This document shows positions 9,383-18,374 of a stretch of DNA of 58,209 nt, one piece after another (positions within the stretch are counted from its first letter, which is position 1; every line of letters begins with the position of its first letter). The translations under genes were made by a program, and so were the position numbers. The DNA is from a virus. Lineage: Duplodnaviria; Caudoviricetes. The notes under the pieces were generated by a model, which was given only the letters and a program-made list of their open reading frames with translations, was not told where the DNA came from and ran no database searches. The stretch is taken from positions 1 through 58,209 of the IMG/VR virus record IMGVR_UViG_3300034012_000235; one strand, given 5' to 3'.

Positions 9383-9900
9383 CACCACCCCGGACAGTTC
9401 CAACGCTTCATCGAAGCCCTTGATCGGCTTCCCTTCTCGCTCTTTTCAGCGATAGAGCCCATTCTCGCGCAGAACGAGTCTCTACGGGAACCCCCTTCAG
9501 GCTGAGGCGCTTTGAGGTTGCTACCAGTCTCTCGGTTGTACTTCTCTCGACCCTTCTGGGTCAAACCAGCGCCGCGCTCCACAGGCATCTTCTCGCCTCG
9601 GCCCACTGCAAGGGATACCCCTCCGCTCTTCATTTTTTTCTCAGAAAACATCTTCTCAACCATGCCCAGCCGTTGAGGCTTAGTCGTCACATCGTTGATG
9701 ATTTCCAATCGTTGGGCTTTGCTTTTGGACGGCTCATAGAACCCAGCTTTTTTCAAAGACTGGACTACGCCGCCATCCTTCATTTCTTTGTCGGCCTTGA
9801 CAAATTCTTTCCCGACCTTTTGTGGCACACCACCAAAGCCGCCCTTAGTGTGAGCGGCCGCTTGCATCAAACGATGCTGGGCTGGTGACTTGCTTGGCAT
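9382..9900 (-). CDS. Basic virion-region protein built of three segments joined at MKxGG
   Basis: MPSKSPAQHRLM... / MKDGG... / MKSGG...SFCARM...RWNC. Confidence 0.75.
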   Translation of the reverse strand: MPSKSPAQHRLMQAAAHTKGGFGGVPQKVGKEFVKADKEMKDGGVVQSLKKAGFYEPSKSKAQRLEIINDVTTKPQRLGMVEKMFSEKKMKSGGVSLAVGRGEKMPVERGAGLTQKGREKYNRETGSNLKAPQPEGGSRRDSFCARMGSIAEKSEKGSRSRASMKRWNCPGW

Positions 9901-9902
9901 GA

Positions 9903-10307
9903 TCAGGCGTATGACTTAACCATCTCAAGGACGATGGTGTATTCATCTCCCGCAGATGCGTCCGAGGTGCTAAACAAGATGTCTCCATTCTTGCCTGCTC
10001 CGGCATTGTTGGTCAATCCACCAAACTTTTCAAAGTCAAAGGTGTACAAACTATTTTGCGGAATGGTTTGAATGAGTACATCTGCTGTTGCATCCCAGTA
10101 CATCAACACCTCCATACCGTGGGTAGCTGCATGAATTTTTGTAATAGTTACGCCAGTGCAGGCTAAACCAGATGCACTTGATGTCAAAGCAGAAACATCT
10201 ACCTTCAAAACTTTGTTTTCACCAGTACCGTCAGAAATGTTGGTGAATTTCATGATTGCCATCCGCTCACCATCTATGAGCGTTTGACTTGCGACTGCAT
10301 CAGCCAT
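9903..10307 (-). CDS. Virion structural protein (134 aa)
   Basis: Beta-rich ORF with GAGGT SD, within the head module. Confidence 0.7.
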   Translation of the reverse strand: MADAVASQTLIDGERMAIMKFTNISDGTGENKVLKVDVSALTSSASGLACTGVTITKIHAATHGMEVLMYWDATADVLIQTIPQNSLYTFDFEKFGGLTNNAGAGKNGDILFSTSDASAGDEYTIVLEMVKSYA

Positions 10308-10326
10308 TTCTAGTACCTCAAAGGAG

Positions 10327-10350
10327 AAGCGGGGGCCTAAGCCCCCACTT
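10327..10350 (-). terminator. GC-rich hairpin (GGGGGC-UUAG-GCCCCC) after the 323-aa gene; weak terminator or mRNA stabiliser
   Basis: Stem 10331-36/10341-46; only a broken U-tract (CUUCUCCUU) follows. Confidence 0.55.
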
Positions 10351-10353
10351 GGT

Positions 10354-11325
10354 TCAGCAGGTAACGGCCCCGCCGCGCTTCTTTGGAGTGACTGTTACAG
10401 ACTTTTCAGTCTTTGTCACTGCCCCAGGCGCACTAGCCGCCTTCGCTGGCGAGAAGACTTCCTTCAGCTTACGAGGAATTGACGAGATCAAGTTACCAAC
10501 GCCTTGCGACATGGCCTTGTTCTCTTCAGCCTGACTCTTCTCCCAGGCCTTGTAAGCCCGTTCGTTTCGTGCAGTCTGAATCGTATCCTCAACCCCCTTG
10601 GGAGGGGTTTCAGCCTTACCGCCAGAAGCCATCTTTACCGAGCCGCCCTTCTTGTAAGCGCCTGCACGGTCAGTTGCTCCAGCCGGGGGCGGAGCAGGCT
10701 TCTTGCCTTGGGGCATCGCCACGGGACGACCTGAGTCAACAAGCCCCCCCGTGGCGTAGGCTTTTTTTGCTGAGCCACCTTCCTTGTAGCCGCCAGCGTT
10801 TGCCTTCGCCACGCCACCAGTAGCATAGCCACCGCCATTGCCCATCTTCACATCACCAGTTTTGGCGGGTGAGTGATCAGGCTTTGCGGTGTCTACCTTG
10901 GTGGTTTTGCCAACCTTGGACTTGATGATGCCGCCATCCTTGTAGCCACCTTGCCCATCCACCACGCCACCCGTCTTCAGGCCCTTGTGAGCCTTAGAGG
11001 CAGGCTTTGCAGCATGTTCAGACAGAGTGTCGCCACCTTCCTTCATCATGCGACCAGCCATGCCCACAGGAGCCGCGGGAGCAGCGCCAGCAGGCATAGC
11101 CTTCATTGCACGGCGCCGAGCAGCCATAGAAGGCTTCCCAGGCGCTGCAGCAGGCATCATCCCGCCACGGGCAGGCGCACCACGCATAGCAGGACCAGCA
11201 GTAGGCGCAGCGGCAAGCGCCCCACCCATCTGCATCTTCTTCTCCACCGCGCCACCACTCTTGAGCTTCAGTTCGACTGAAGGCTCAGTGGTGGTCATCT
11301 TCACCATCGGCTTGAATTGACCCAT
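10354..11325 (-). CDS. Low-complexity Lys/Gly/Ala-rich protein with about 11 xxxGG motifs
   Basis: LKSGG, MQMGG, MKEGG, LKTGG, YKDGG, YATGG x2, YKEGG, YKKGG, MASGG, KKRGG. Confidence 0.8.
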   Translation of the reverse strand: MGQFKPMVKMTTTEPSVELKLKSGGAVEKKMQMGGALAAAPTAGPAMRGAPARGGMMPAAAPGKPSMAARRRAMKAMPAGAAPAAPVGMAGRMMKEGGDTLSEHAAKPASKAHKGLKTGGVVDGQGGYKDGGIIKSKVGKTTKVDTAKPDHSPAKTGDVKMGNGGGYATGGVAKANAGGYKEGGSAKKAYATGGLVDSGRPVAMPQGKKPAPPPAGATDRAGAYKKGGSVKMASGGKAETPPKGVEDTIQTARNERAYKAWEKSQAEENKAMSQGVGNLISSIPRKLKEVFSPAKAASAPGAVTKTEKSVTVTPKKRGGAVTC

Positions 11326-11327
11326 GA

Positions 11328-12017
11328 TTAACGCTCCTTCGCAACGAAGACGTAGTCAATCGTCATGGTCTTGGCAACAGCCTCGCCATTCTGGATCGCA
11401 AACGAAACCGTCAGTTCTTCGTCATCGGGCAGATTCGTGGTCACTGAAGAACCCGTCACTACGCCGTTAACCGAATACTCAATCACTGACGCACCGTCAT
11501 AGGCAAACCCGAGGGTAATGAAGGTGTCGTTAGCCAGAGTCGTTACGCTGCTCGTCGTAGCGGTTCCGTTCTTTTCAACCAGCAGGTTGACCGTAGTTGA
11601 CCCGTCAGCCTTGATGAAGAACACGCCATCCGACACATCCAGGGGAGTTGCATCAGTGATCTGAAGACCCATCACAACATCCGACTGGGTGGCATCGCTG
11701 ACCTTGAAGCGAGCTTCAAAGAACAGACGCTTGCCAGCGGCGAACAAGAAAGACTCGCCTACCTTTTGCAGCGCAACCAGATCATCGTCTGCCGCGGTGT
11801 TGGTTAGAAGAAGAAGACCACCATCACCGTTCGCAAGAGCTTGGGTGGCACCGGCTTGAGTCTCCGTTACCGTCCAATCTGCTGCGGTGTAATAGTCAAA
11901 ATCCTCAAAGTACGTATGAAACTTGGTCGCCGCGGGTTGCCCCATATCAGCAAGGGGGGAATCCTCACCAACATTGGTAACGCCATTCGGGAACCGAGTA
12001 ATGATGAAATTACTCAT
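11328..12017 (-). CDS. Capsid-associated / decoration protein
   Basis: TRFPNGVTNV N-terminus, beta-sandwich-like body, immediately after the major capsid gene. Confidence 0.6.
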   Translation of the reverse strand: MSNFIITRFPNGVTNVGEDSPLADMGQPAATKFHTYFEDFDYYTAADWTVTETQAGATQALANGDGGLLLLTNTAADDDLVALQKVGESFLFAAGKRLFFEARFKVSDATQSDVVMGLQITDATPLDVSDGVFFIKADGSTTVNLLVEKNGTATTSSVTTLANDTFITLGFAYDGASVIEYSVNGVVTGSSVTTNLPDDEELTVSFAIQNGEAVAKTMTIDYVFVAKER

Positions 12018-12035
12018 CTCGATCTCCTGTAGAGC

Positions 12036-12051
12036 GGGGGCCGAAGCCCCC
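12036..12051 (-). terminator. UUCG hairpin (GGGGGC-UUCG-GCCCCC) after the major capsid gene
   Basis: Perfect 6-bp stem with UUCG loop on the minus strand; no U-tract. Confidence 0.55.
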
Positions 12052-12059
12052 TCTGAGAT

Positions 12060-12974
12060 TTAGACTCCCGGCGTGCCGTACATGGCGCGAGGATCGGTGA
12101 AGCCGACGTCGTAACGCTCGGTGGCCTTGTAGCGCATCGAGTCAGTTTCGAAGTCACCTTCCATCGTCTTCTCCAGCTTGCGGCGCATCAGCAGCTTCAT
12201 GCCTTCCGGAGCATCGGTCTGCACCCACCATGCGGAGGGGTTGGTCAGACGCGACAGAACAGCGGCACCCTCGTCCAGCAAGCCGATAGACTTGATGGGG
12301 TTGATGTCGTTGTTCGCGTTGCCAGCACGCAGAACGCTCTTCAGCAGCACTTCAGCTTGGAAGACGTTGCCAGGAGCCACCACCAGTTGGCGGGGAACCA
12401 GACGGATCTTCTTGCCGTTGTTGTCCACAGCCTGACGGATCTGAATCAGCATCTGCTCCAGAGAGGTCTGGGACAGGTTAGCTGCAGTCGTCAGCAGGTT
12501 GGAGAACGTGCCGCTCACGATGGGGTGAGAAGCGCTGTTCAACTGCACACCGTCGCCGCCAGGATACGAGCTATTGAAAGCGCGGTTCAGCACGTTGGCC
12601 GACAGCGTTTCCTTCGTCTCGATCAGCGACTGGGCAAGGTGACGGGCGTACACCTGACCAATACGGATGTGATCGCCGTCCTCAACGAGCACCTTGGTCA
12701 GCGCGAAGGCCAGACCGTACACGCTGTAGACATAGCGCTTCAGGAACAGAACACCACCCTGCTGGTACGAAACCGGAGTGCCGTCAGGCAACTGCGGAGC
12801 CGCGCCAAAGCCGTACAGAACCGGCTCTTCGTGGTAGTTACGGGGGATACCTTCTTGTTCGCGGAAAACACGCGACCACTCATCGGTACGTTGGTCATAC
12901 ACGCCATCGAAGCATTCGTTGAGGATAGGCTCAACGATTGAACGAAAGTCGGTACTGCGCATCGGGGCTGCCAT
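12060..12974 (-). CDS. Major capsid protein (Mu gpT-like, HK97 fold)
   Basis: 304 aa; LVVAP, DFETDSMRYKATERY, DPRAMYGTPG motifs; head-module position. Confidence 0.88.
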   Translation of the reverse strand: MAAPMRSTDFRSIVEPILNECFDGVYDQRTDEWSRVFREQEGIPRNYHEEPVLYGFGAAPQLPDGTPVSYQQGGVLFLKRYVYSVYGLAFALTKVLVEDGDHIRIGQVYARHLAQSLIETKETLSANVLNRAFNSSYPGGDGVQLNSASHPIVSGTFSNLLTTAANLSQTSLEQMLIQIRQAVDNNGKKIRLVPRQLVVAPGNVFQAEVLLKSVLRAGNANNDINPIKSIGLLDEGAAVLSRLTNPSAWWVQTDAPEGMKLLMRRKLEKTMEGDFETDSMRYKATERYDVGFTDPRAMYGTPGV

Positions 12975-12989
12975 GATCTGCCCTCCTTA

Positions 12990-13592
12990 TTAAACAGCCG
13001 TACCAGCAACACCGGCGAATTGATATTCGGCGATGGTTGCACGGACGATTACGTAAGTGTCTCCCCAAGCATTGTCGGGGTACGGGGCAATGTCAATGAT
13101 GCGCATTTGCGCAGTGTTGGGCGAAGCCACCAACGTGGTTGACAGCGTTGCCGCAGACAGGCCAGTGGTCGTAGAACCAGCAGTCGTGTTGCTCAGATCA
13201 GCTTCAGCACCAATAGAGGTCTGAGCCAGCGTGCCGTCAGCCTGGATTTCATACACGATGTTGGCATCGTTGTAGAAATAGGCGACGACAGAACCGACTT
13301 GGAACGACTCGTTCGCAGGCCAGTAGTTAGACACACGCCGACGGCCAGTCGAGTCAGTCCACTCAACACCCGCAAAGGCGCCGAGGAACGCATCGCCAGC
13401 AGCGGCAACCACGATATAGCCGCCAGTGTCCATCTTGACGGGCTGACCCTTCAGGATAGTCGTGGCATAGCCAGCAGAGACGTTGCCGCTCGTAGAGACA
13501 GCTTGAATACCGTTAGCCAGCGCCTGTGCGCGATCCAGACCAGAGGGATGGAACGCAGGACGCAAGCCGAACGGAGCATTAGTCGCAGACAT
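12990..13592 (-). CDS. Capsid cement / decoration protein
   Basis: NAPFGLRP N-terminus, YEIQAD; directly upstream of the major capsid gene. Confidence 0.65.
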   Translation of the reverse strand: MSATNAPFGLRPAFHPSGLDRAQALANGIQAVSTSGNVSAGYATTILKGQPVKMDTGGYIVVAAAGDAFLGAFAGVEWTDSTGRRRVSNYWPANESFQVGSVVAYFYNDANIVYEIQADGTLAQTSIGAEADLSNTTAGSTTTGLSAATLSTTLVASPNTAQMRIIDIAPYPDNAWGDTYVIVRATIAEYQFAGVAGTAV

Positions 13593-13609
13593 AATTTACT
13601 CCTTTGCCC

Positions 13610-14152
13610 TCACCCATGAAAGATTGGGGTTTGGACGTTTCGGTCAAAATCGCCAAAGCCTTCGCCTTCAACCTTGCCCAAGCTCTTGCCTGAGCTATCG
13701 CGTGCGCCTTGCAGATTCTCAACTTGGACACGGATCTTGTCCGCCTCTTCGTTGGGCATCTCATGGTGCATTTGCAGCATGATGTCCTGATAGACCTCCA
13801 TAGGGATCTTGTACAGGCGCATCTCGTTGCATGCGATGAAACCTATGTCTTCGCCAGACTTGACGCGGTAATTGTCGAACCCAGGGAACTCATCCGCTTT
13901 CACGGGAACGTACCCAAGTCGCATCCGCTTATCAATGCTGTCGTAGGCATTGGTGGTCGATAGCCAGCAAAGGTGCCACCCAGGCATTTCGGGTGTCTTT
14001 GGCAGCGCACTTTGTGTCCACTCATCGCTCCACATCTTCCGACGTTCCTGCGCTGACATGAACTTTTCCTCTGGGGCTCGACGGGATGCGTCCTCACTAG
14101 CGCGAGTTTCGCGGCCACCGGCAGACAGAGACTTTTTAAGACGAGAATCCAT
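13610..14152 (-). CDS. Conserved head-module protein
   Basis: PGWHLCWLS...RLGYVPV motif; between scaffold and capsid genes. Confidence 0.7.
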   Translation of the reverse strand: MDSRLKKSLSAGGRETRASEDASRRAPEEKFMSAQERRKMWSDEWTQSALPKTPEMPGWHLCWLSTTNAYDSIDKRMRLGYVPVKADEFPGFDNYRVKSGEDIGFIACNEMRLYKIPMEVYQDIMLQMHHEMPNEEADKIRVQVENLQGARDSSGKSLGKVEGEGFGDFDRNVQTPIFHG

Positions 14153-14156
14153 TTGT

Positions 14157-15089
14157 TTAACCTCGGTTGTTTCGTGCTTCTTGGGCGTAACGCTTGATCA
14201 TCTTTGCGCGTTTTACTGGGTCATCCCAGAATCCCGCGTCCTTCATTGCTCTGACCATTTCTGGCTCAAGCACCAAAGTGTTGCCTTGTCGGCCACCAGT
14301 TGATTCGCGTCCCGATCCAGTTACAAAACTCCTTGGCCTCCTTTTGGGTTCGTCTTGTGATTGAGTATAACGATGCGGCAAGCGTTTCTGCAAGCGGGCG
14401 TCAAGTTCTTCCCAGTAGTCTGCAGAAGCAGGGTCGTAGCCCTCTTTTGCTAGCTTGGCGTCAATAATCTTGGCGATCTCGCTGTCTTCATCATTGCCAT
14501 TCGGGTCATACCAAGAATTGGCTTCCATCCAACTCTTCGCATGCCGCAGCATCTTCGGATCAGCTTGAGGCTCCTCTTGCGTCTTCTCCGCACGGGTTTT
14601 CAGAGCCTGCATGGACTCAAACTTGCGCAGAGCCTCTTCATATCCCTTGTTTGCCTGGGAATATGCGTCACCATTTGAGTTGTTAATCGCCTCTCGACGC
14701 TTGGCATCGAAATACTTCAGGCGCAACTCTTCGTCTTGAATAGCCTTGTCAAGTCGAGCCAACTCAAAGCTCTGGCTCTTCTTCTCAACTTCGGCTAGAC
14801 GCTTGCGGAACTCTTCGTTCTCACGTTGAAGCGACACCAACCGCTGGTCTTTCTCTTCGTTGGTGCGCTTGATGTATTCCTTCTTGGCCTTGCGGCGATT
14901 CCTGCGGGCTTCTCGCACCGCATCCGTATCACCGGGCTGGTCAGCATCTCCGTCGTCTTGAGCTACCTGAACTTCTGGTTCGTCAGAAGAATCTTCAGTA
15001 ACAAGCTCATCAGGCAGTTCTACGATTGCAGAACCGTCTTTCTCTTCAGTAACGGGGATGTCTTCAACTTTTTCTTTATCTGTGATCAT
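14157..15089 (-). CDS. Scaffolding protein
   Basis: Acidic N-terminus, long coiled coil, W-x-x-x-N-x-W-Y motif, basic C-terminus; position after portal/GroES. Confidence 0.7.
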   Translation of the reverse strand: MITDKEKVEDIPVTEEKDGSAIVELPDELVTEDSSDEPEVQVAQDDGDADQPGDTDAVREARRNRRKAKKEYIKRTNEEKDQRLVSLQRENEEFRKRLAEVEKKSQSFELARLDKAIQDEELRLKYFDAKRREAINNSNGDAYSQANKGYEEALRKFESMQALKTRAEKTQEEPQADPKMLRHAKSWMEANSWYDPNGNDEDSEIAKIIDAKLAKEGYDPASADYWEELDARLQKRLPHRYTQSQDEPKRRPRSFVTGSGRESTGGRQGNTLVLEPEMVRAMKDAGFWDDPVKRAKMIKRYAQEARNNRG

Positions 15090-15520
15090 AGGAAAGCCTT
15101 CATTGCCAGGGGGTCACCAGTAAGTTTGGCGATGATTTCATGGTCATTCAGCACCATGAACAGGGCGGGATCTTCAAGATCATCATCACCGGGGACTTTG
15201 ACTTCCCAGCGATCACCACCCCACTTGGGCACTCGGATGTAGTCTCCAGGGACACACCAAGAACCTTCAGGCCACGCAACCATCGTGTCGCGGTGCTTGA
15301 ACGCTAAGGGACCGATCTCGATCACCTTTGCCACCATGTTCTGCCACTTCTCGGTTTCCTTGGTTTCTTCCACCAAGATAATCCCGGCACTTGTTGCCTT
15401 CTTTTTGGTACGGCGCAACTGCACAAGAATACGCCCACCTAGAGGTTTTGCACCGGGGTCCACGCTCGGAAATGCCCAAGCCATCTCAGCCGCGTTAGCA
15501 GCTTCCGGTTGATTACTCAT
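15086..15520 (-). CDS. groES: GroES-like co-chaperonin
   Basis: KPLGGRILV, TSAGIILV mobile loop, VIEIGPLAF, LNDHEIIA. Confidence 0.85.
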   Translation of the reverse strand: MSNQPEAANAAEMAWAFPSVDPGAKPLGGRILVQLRRTKKKATSAGIILVEETKETEKWQNMVAKVIEIGPLAFKHRDTMVAWPEGSWCVPGDYIRVPKWGGDRWEVKVPGDDDLEDPALFMVLNDHEIIAKLTGDPLAMKAFL

Positions 15521-15692
15521 CGTCTTCCTTCATCAAGTTTTCTAGTATGTCCAGGGCTTCTTTGAGCCCCGAGTAATGCCCGACCATGCGTTGATAAGAC
15601 TCCCAGTTAGCAGCATTGCCAACTGCAAGAGATACAGCAATCTCAGATTGCCGTGCCTTGATCCCGCCGATCAGGTCCGAAAGTGTTGCCAT
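15513..15692 (-). CDS. Small helical protein (59 aa; not in ORF track)
   Basis: Manual translation MATLSDLIGGIKARQSEIAVSLAVGNAANWESYQRMVGHYSGLKEALDILENLMKEDDE; abuts both neighbours. Confidence 0.7.
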   Translation of the reverse strand: MATLSDLIGGIKARQSEIAVSLAVGNAANWESYQRMVGHYSGLKEALDILENLMKEDDE

Positions 15693-15839
15693 TCACTTCT
15701 TCTTAGTTGCCTGTGATAGACCTCCTTGCTTGGGTTTGTCGCCACCTTGCATGGTTTGCCCGGTAATCGGGGCACCCGCTGCCATACGCTTGTGCTGGGG
15801 CACAAGAACGCTCTTCTGCTCTTGATCACTGGTAGCCAT
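15693..15839 (-). CDS. Small basic protein (48 aa; not in ORF track)
   Basis: Manual translation MATSDQEQKSVLVPQHKRMAAGAPITGQTMQGGDKPKQGGLSQATKKK; AAGGA SD. Confidence 0.65.
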   Translation of the reverse strand: MATSDQEQKSVLVPQHKRMAAGAPITGQTMQGGDKPKQGGLSQATKKK

Positions 15840-18372
15840 ACTGGTTTCCTTTCGTTGAAAAGTCCATGACGGTCTTGTCTTGGTCGTGTCTCAACCTAGC
15901 CGCATCCCGCGTCAAACGGGCCGTCTCGATGCGCTCCTTCATCTGCTGGTCACCCTTAGCGATAGCCAGCTTCAGTTGGAGATCCTCCATAGCCAGAGCC
16001 TGCTCATCCTGCAGCTTCTTCATCTGCATCTGAATGTCAGACTCCAACTCTTGTCCCTTCAGTTGCATCTCTGCCTGATCGCGGGCCTTACGGCGCTCCG
16101 TCTCAGCCATAGAGGTCTGCAACAACACTTGTCCATCAGGCGTCAGTTCAGGCTTCGGCTTGAACTGCTGCATCGTCTGAACCATCTTCTGGATCACAGG
16201 CATGATGCCCGCCAGCGTCTGCTCCGTATCCATGACCACATGCTGCGCTGCAACACCGATGATCTTGTCGATAGGCTTCGGATCAGCCAGCAGTGCGTAC
16301 TCTTCGGGCTTCTCACCCAAAGACTTCTGCACATAGCCGTTCATGCGGTTCAAATACCACAAGGCCAAGTGCTGCTTGATGTGCTCCATTGCCTTTGGCA
16401 GGTAGTTCGGAGCAATCAGAGGGCTTCCACCAAACACCGGGTCTTTGGCGTAGTCCAAGTGCGCCTGAATGTGGCCCAGGTGATCCTGCTCCGGGTAAGC
16501 GTAGGCTGACTGACCAATAGTCATCGCCACGTTCTCGTTTGCGGCGTCTTGCTTCTCAGGAGAAGGCGTATCAGGCATCAACTCATTGATCTGAGGCACC
16601 TTGATCTGCTTCAGGAACCGCATGACCACCGCTTTGCGGTTAAACAGGTCAGGATTCTTCTCCATGATGGTCATGACCGCTTGGGTCTGAGCCATCCGCT
16701 GGGTTTCAGAGAAGATATGCGGGTCAGAAACAGGAATAACGTCAGTAGAACGAGCAAAGTCGTCCCGCTTGATGTCCAAATCCTCTACAACCTCGCCGCG
16801 GCGCATGTCCTCCAGATACCAGCGGTTGATACGCTGCAAAATCTTGAGAACTCGGCCCTGAGACTTGTGCAAACGGGCGTGAATGCTTGAGAAAACCGCT
16901 GCACCCTGCTCAATCAGGGCCTGCGTCGTCCCAACAGGCGCATTTGCGTTGACATCGGCAATCTTTTCTTCCGATGTGGTCACCACACCCTTGGCAGCAC
17001 TCGTCAACCAGCCCAGAAGCTCGAACAAAACCGGGCTTGGCGGGTTGAAAGGCATCGGCATTGCCAGCTTGCGCACATCATCAACACCGGGAGCCGCCTC
17101 AATCTCCGCAACTTGCGTCACTTCGACCTGCTGAGACTGACCCGACACCTTAGCTCCCTTGAGCTTCAGGAGCGTTGCAGCGTTGTTGATGTGGGCAGAG
17201 TCCAGCAAGGCCCGCAAAGCGCCTGTAGCGGCCGCGGAGAGGCCTCCAATGAGGTGCGGCAGGCCAACAGCATAGGCTCCGCGCCACGGGATGAACTTGA
17301 ACTCGACAATCCAGTCGAGCTTCGTCATCGTGTCGTCGCCCTCTTCCCAATTCCGGTACAGACCAACGACTTCTGAGTCCAAGTCATCGATCATCAGGAT
17401 GTAAGGAGCCGACTCACCCTTCGTAACCGGGTCGTCTTCCAGTTCCAGCCATGTGTAGATGTGATACACGCGGCGGATGCCGTCTTCGTTGTCGTTCTCT
17501 GACTTGCCTTCGATCTTGTTCGTGGCCTTCTGAGCGCCAGTAGGCTCAGGATCCATCGTTGCCCGGATGAAACTGACGTCTCGGTACATGCCCGAGTCAA
17601 TCCGACGCTTGAACTCGTAGTCGGAAATGTCGTCAACCTCCGTTACACGCTGGGCAGTGTAGAAACTGCCCGCGGCAAATGGCAGAAGTACGTTGTCAAT
17701 CGGCAGGAACTGGGCACAAGGACGCTTCTTCTTGTCGTCGTACCAAAGTTTCAGGTATTGCGAACCACCGAGAGGCAACTGAGTGAGCATCTGCTCCTGC
17801 TCATCAGCAAATTCCTCGACCTGATCGGTCAACTGCCAGTTCATGAAGTCACGTTTGCGCTCGGCAATCGCAACTTTCTCCTCGTCCACATCACCCAGAA
17901 TCTGAGTACGGGTCGGGCCATCAGGCGGAAACAGTTCTTTGAACGCCCTTGCAGCGAAATCCACGCAGGCTTCGGCCATCACAGGGTGGACAACCTTGGA
18001 TGCACCGTTGAAATTAGCACCACCGGGAGCGTCATTACCCAATCCAGTACGGCGGATACCCTCTTCGTACTGCTTGTCCCGCTGCTTTCGAGCCTCTTTG
18101 TCCTTCTCAACCAGTTGGATGTACCGCAAGGCCATCGAACCCAGGTCAAGAGAATCAATTACATCGCCGTCAGCTAGGTTCTGATAGAAGTCTTCATCCT
18201 CCATCGGACCTTTGCCTTCCATCCGGACAATTGCAGAGCCATCAGGAAGCTCCTCAATCTCGGATTCATCAAGGTCTAGTTCAACCTCAACAGGCTCATC
18301 AGGTGCTGGCCCCCCTTGTTCGCCCCCCACAAAGCGGTTGAACTCGGGATCAATCGGGAATTCGGTTGCCAT
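15826..18372 (-). CDS. Portal protein (P22-like, long C-terminal coiled coil)
   Basis: 848 aa; HPVMAEACVDF, FMNWQLT, APVGTTQALIEQG motifs; downstream of terL. Confidence 0.88.
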   Translation of the reverse strand: MATEFPIDPEFNRFVGGEQGGPAPDEPVEVELDLDESEIEELPDGSAIVRMEGKGPMEDEDFYQNLADGDVIDSLDLGSMALRYIQLVEKDKEARKQRDKQYEEGIRRTGLGNDAPGGANFNGASKVVHPVMAEACVDFAARAFKELFPPDGPTRTQILGDVDEEKVAIAERKRDFMNWQLTDQVEEFADEQEQMLTQLPLGGSQYLKLWYDDKKKRPCAQFLPIDNVLLPFAAGSFYTAQRVTEVDDISDYEFKRRIDSGMYRDVSFIRATMDPEPTGAQKATNKIEGKSENDNEDGIRRVYHIYTWLELEDDPVTKGESAPYILMIDDLDSEVVGLYRNWEEGDDTMTKLDWIVEFKFIPWRGAYAVGLPHLIGGLSAAATGALRALLDSAHINNAATLLKLKGAKVSGQSQQVEVTQVAEIEAAPGVDDVRKLAMPMPFNPPSPVLFELLGWLTSAAKGVVTTSEEKIADVNANAPVGTTQALIEQGAAVFSSIHARLHKSQGRVLKILQRINRWYLEDMRRGEVVEDLDIKRDDFARSTDVIPVSDPHIFSETQRMAQTQAVMTIMEKNPDLFNRKAVVMRFLKQIKVPQINELMPDTPSPEKQDAANENVAMTIGQSAYAYPEQDHLGHIQAHLDYAKDPVFGGSPLIAPNYLPKAMEHIKQHLALWYLNRMNGYVQKSLGEKPEEYALLADPKPIDKIIGVAAQHVVMDTEQTLAGIMPVIQKMVQTMQQFKPKPELTPDGQVLLQTSMAETERRKARDQAEMQLKGQELESDIQMQMKKLQDEQALAMEDLQLKLAIAKGDQQMKERIETARLTRDAARLRHDQDKTVMDFSTKGNQYGYQ

Positions 18373-18374
18373 GA

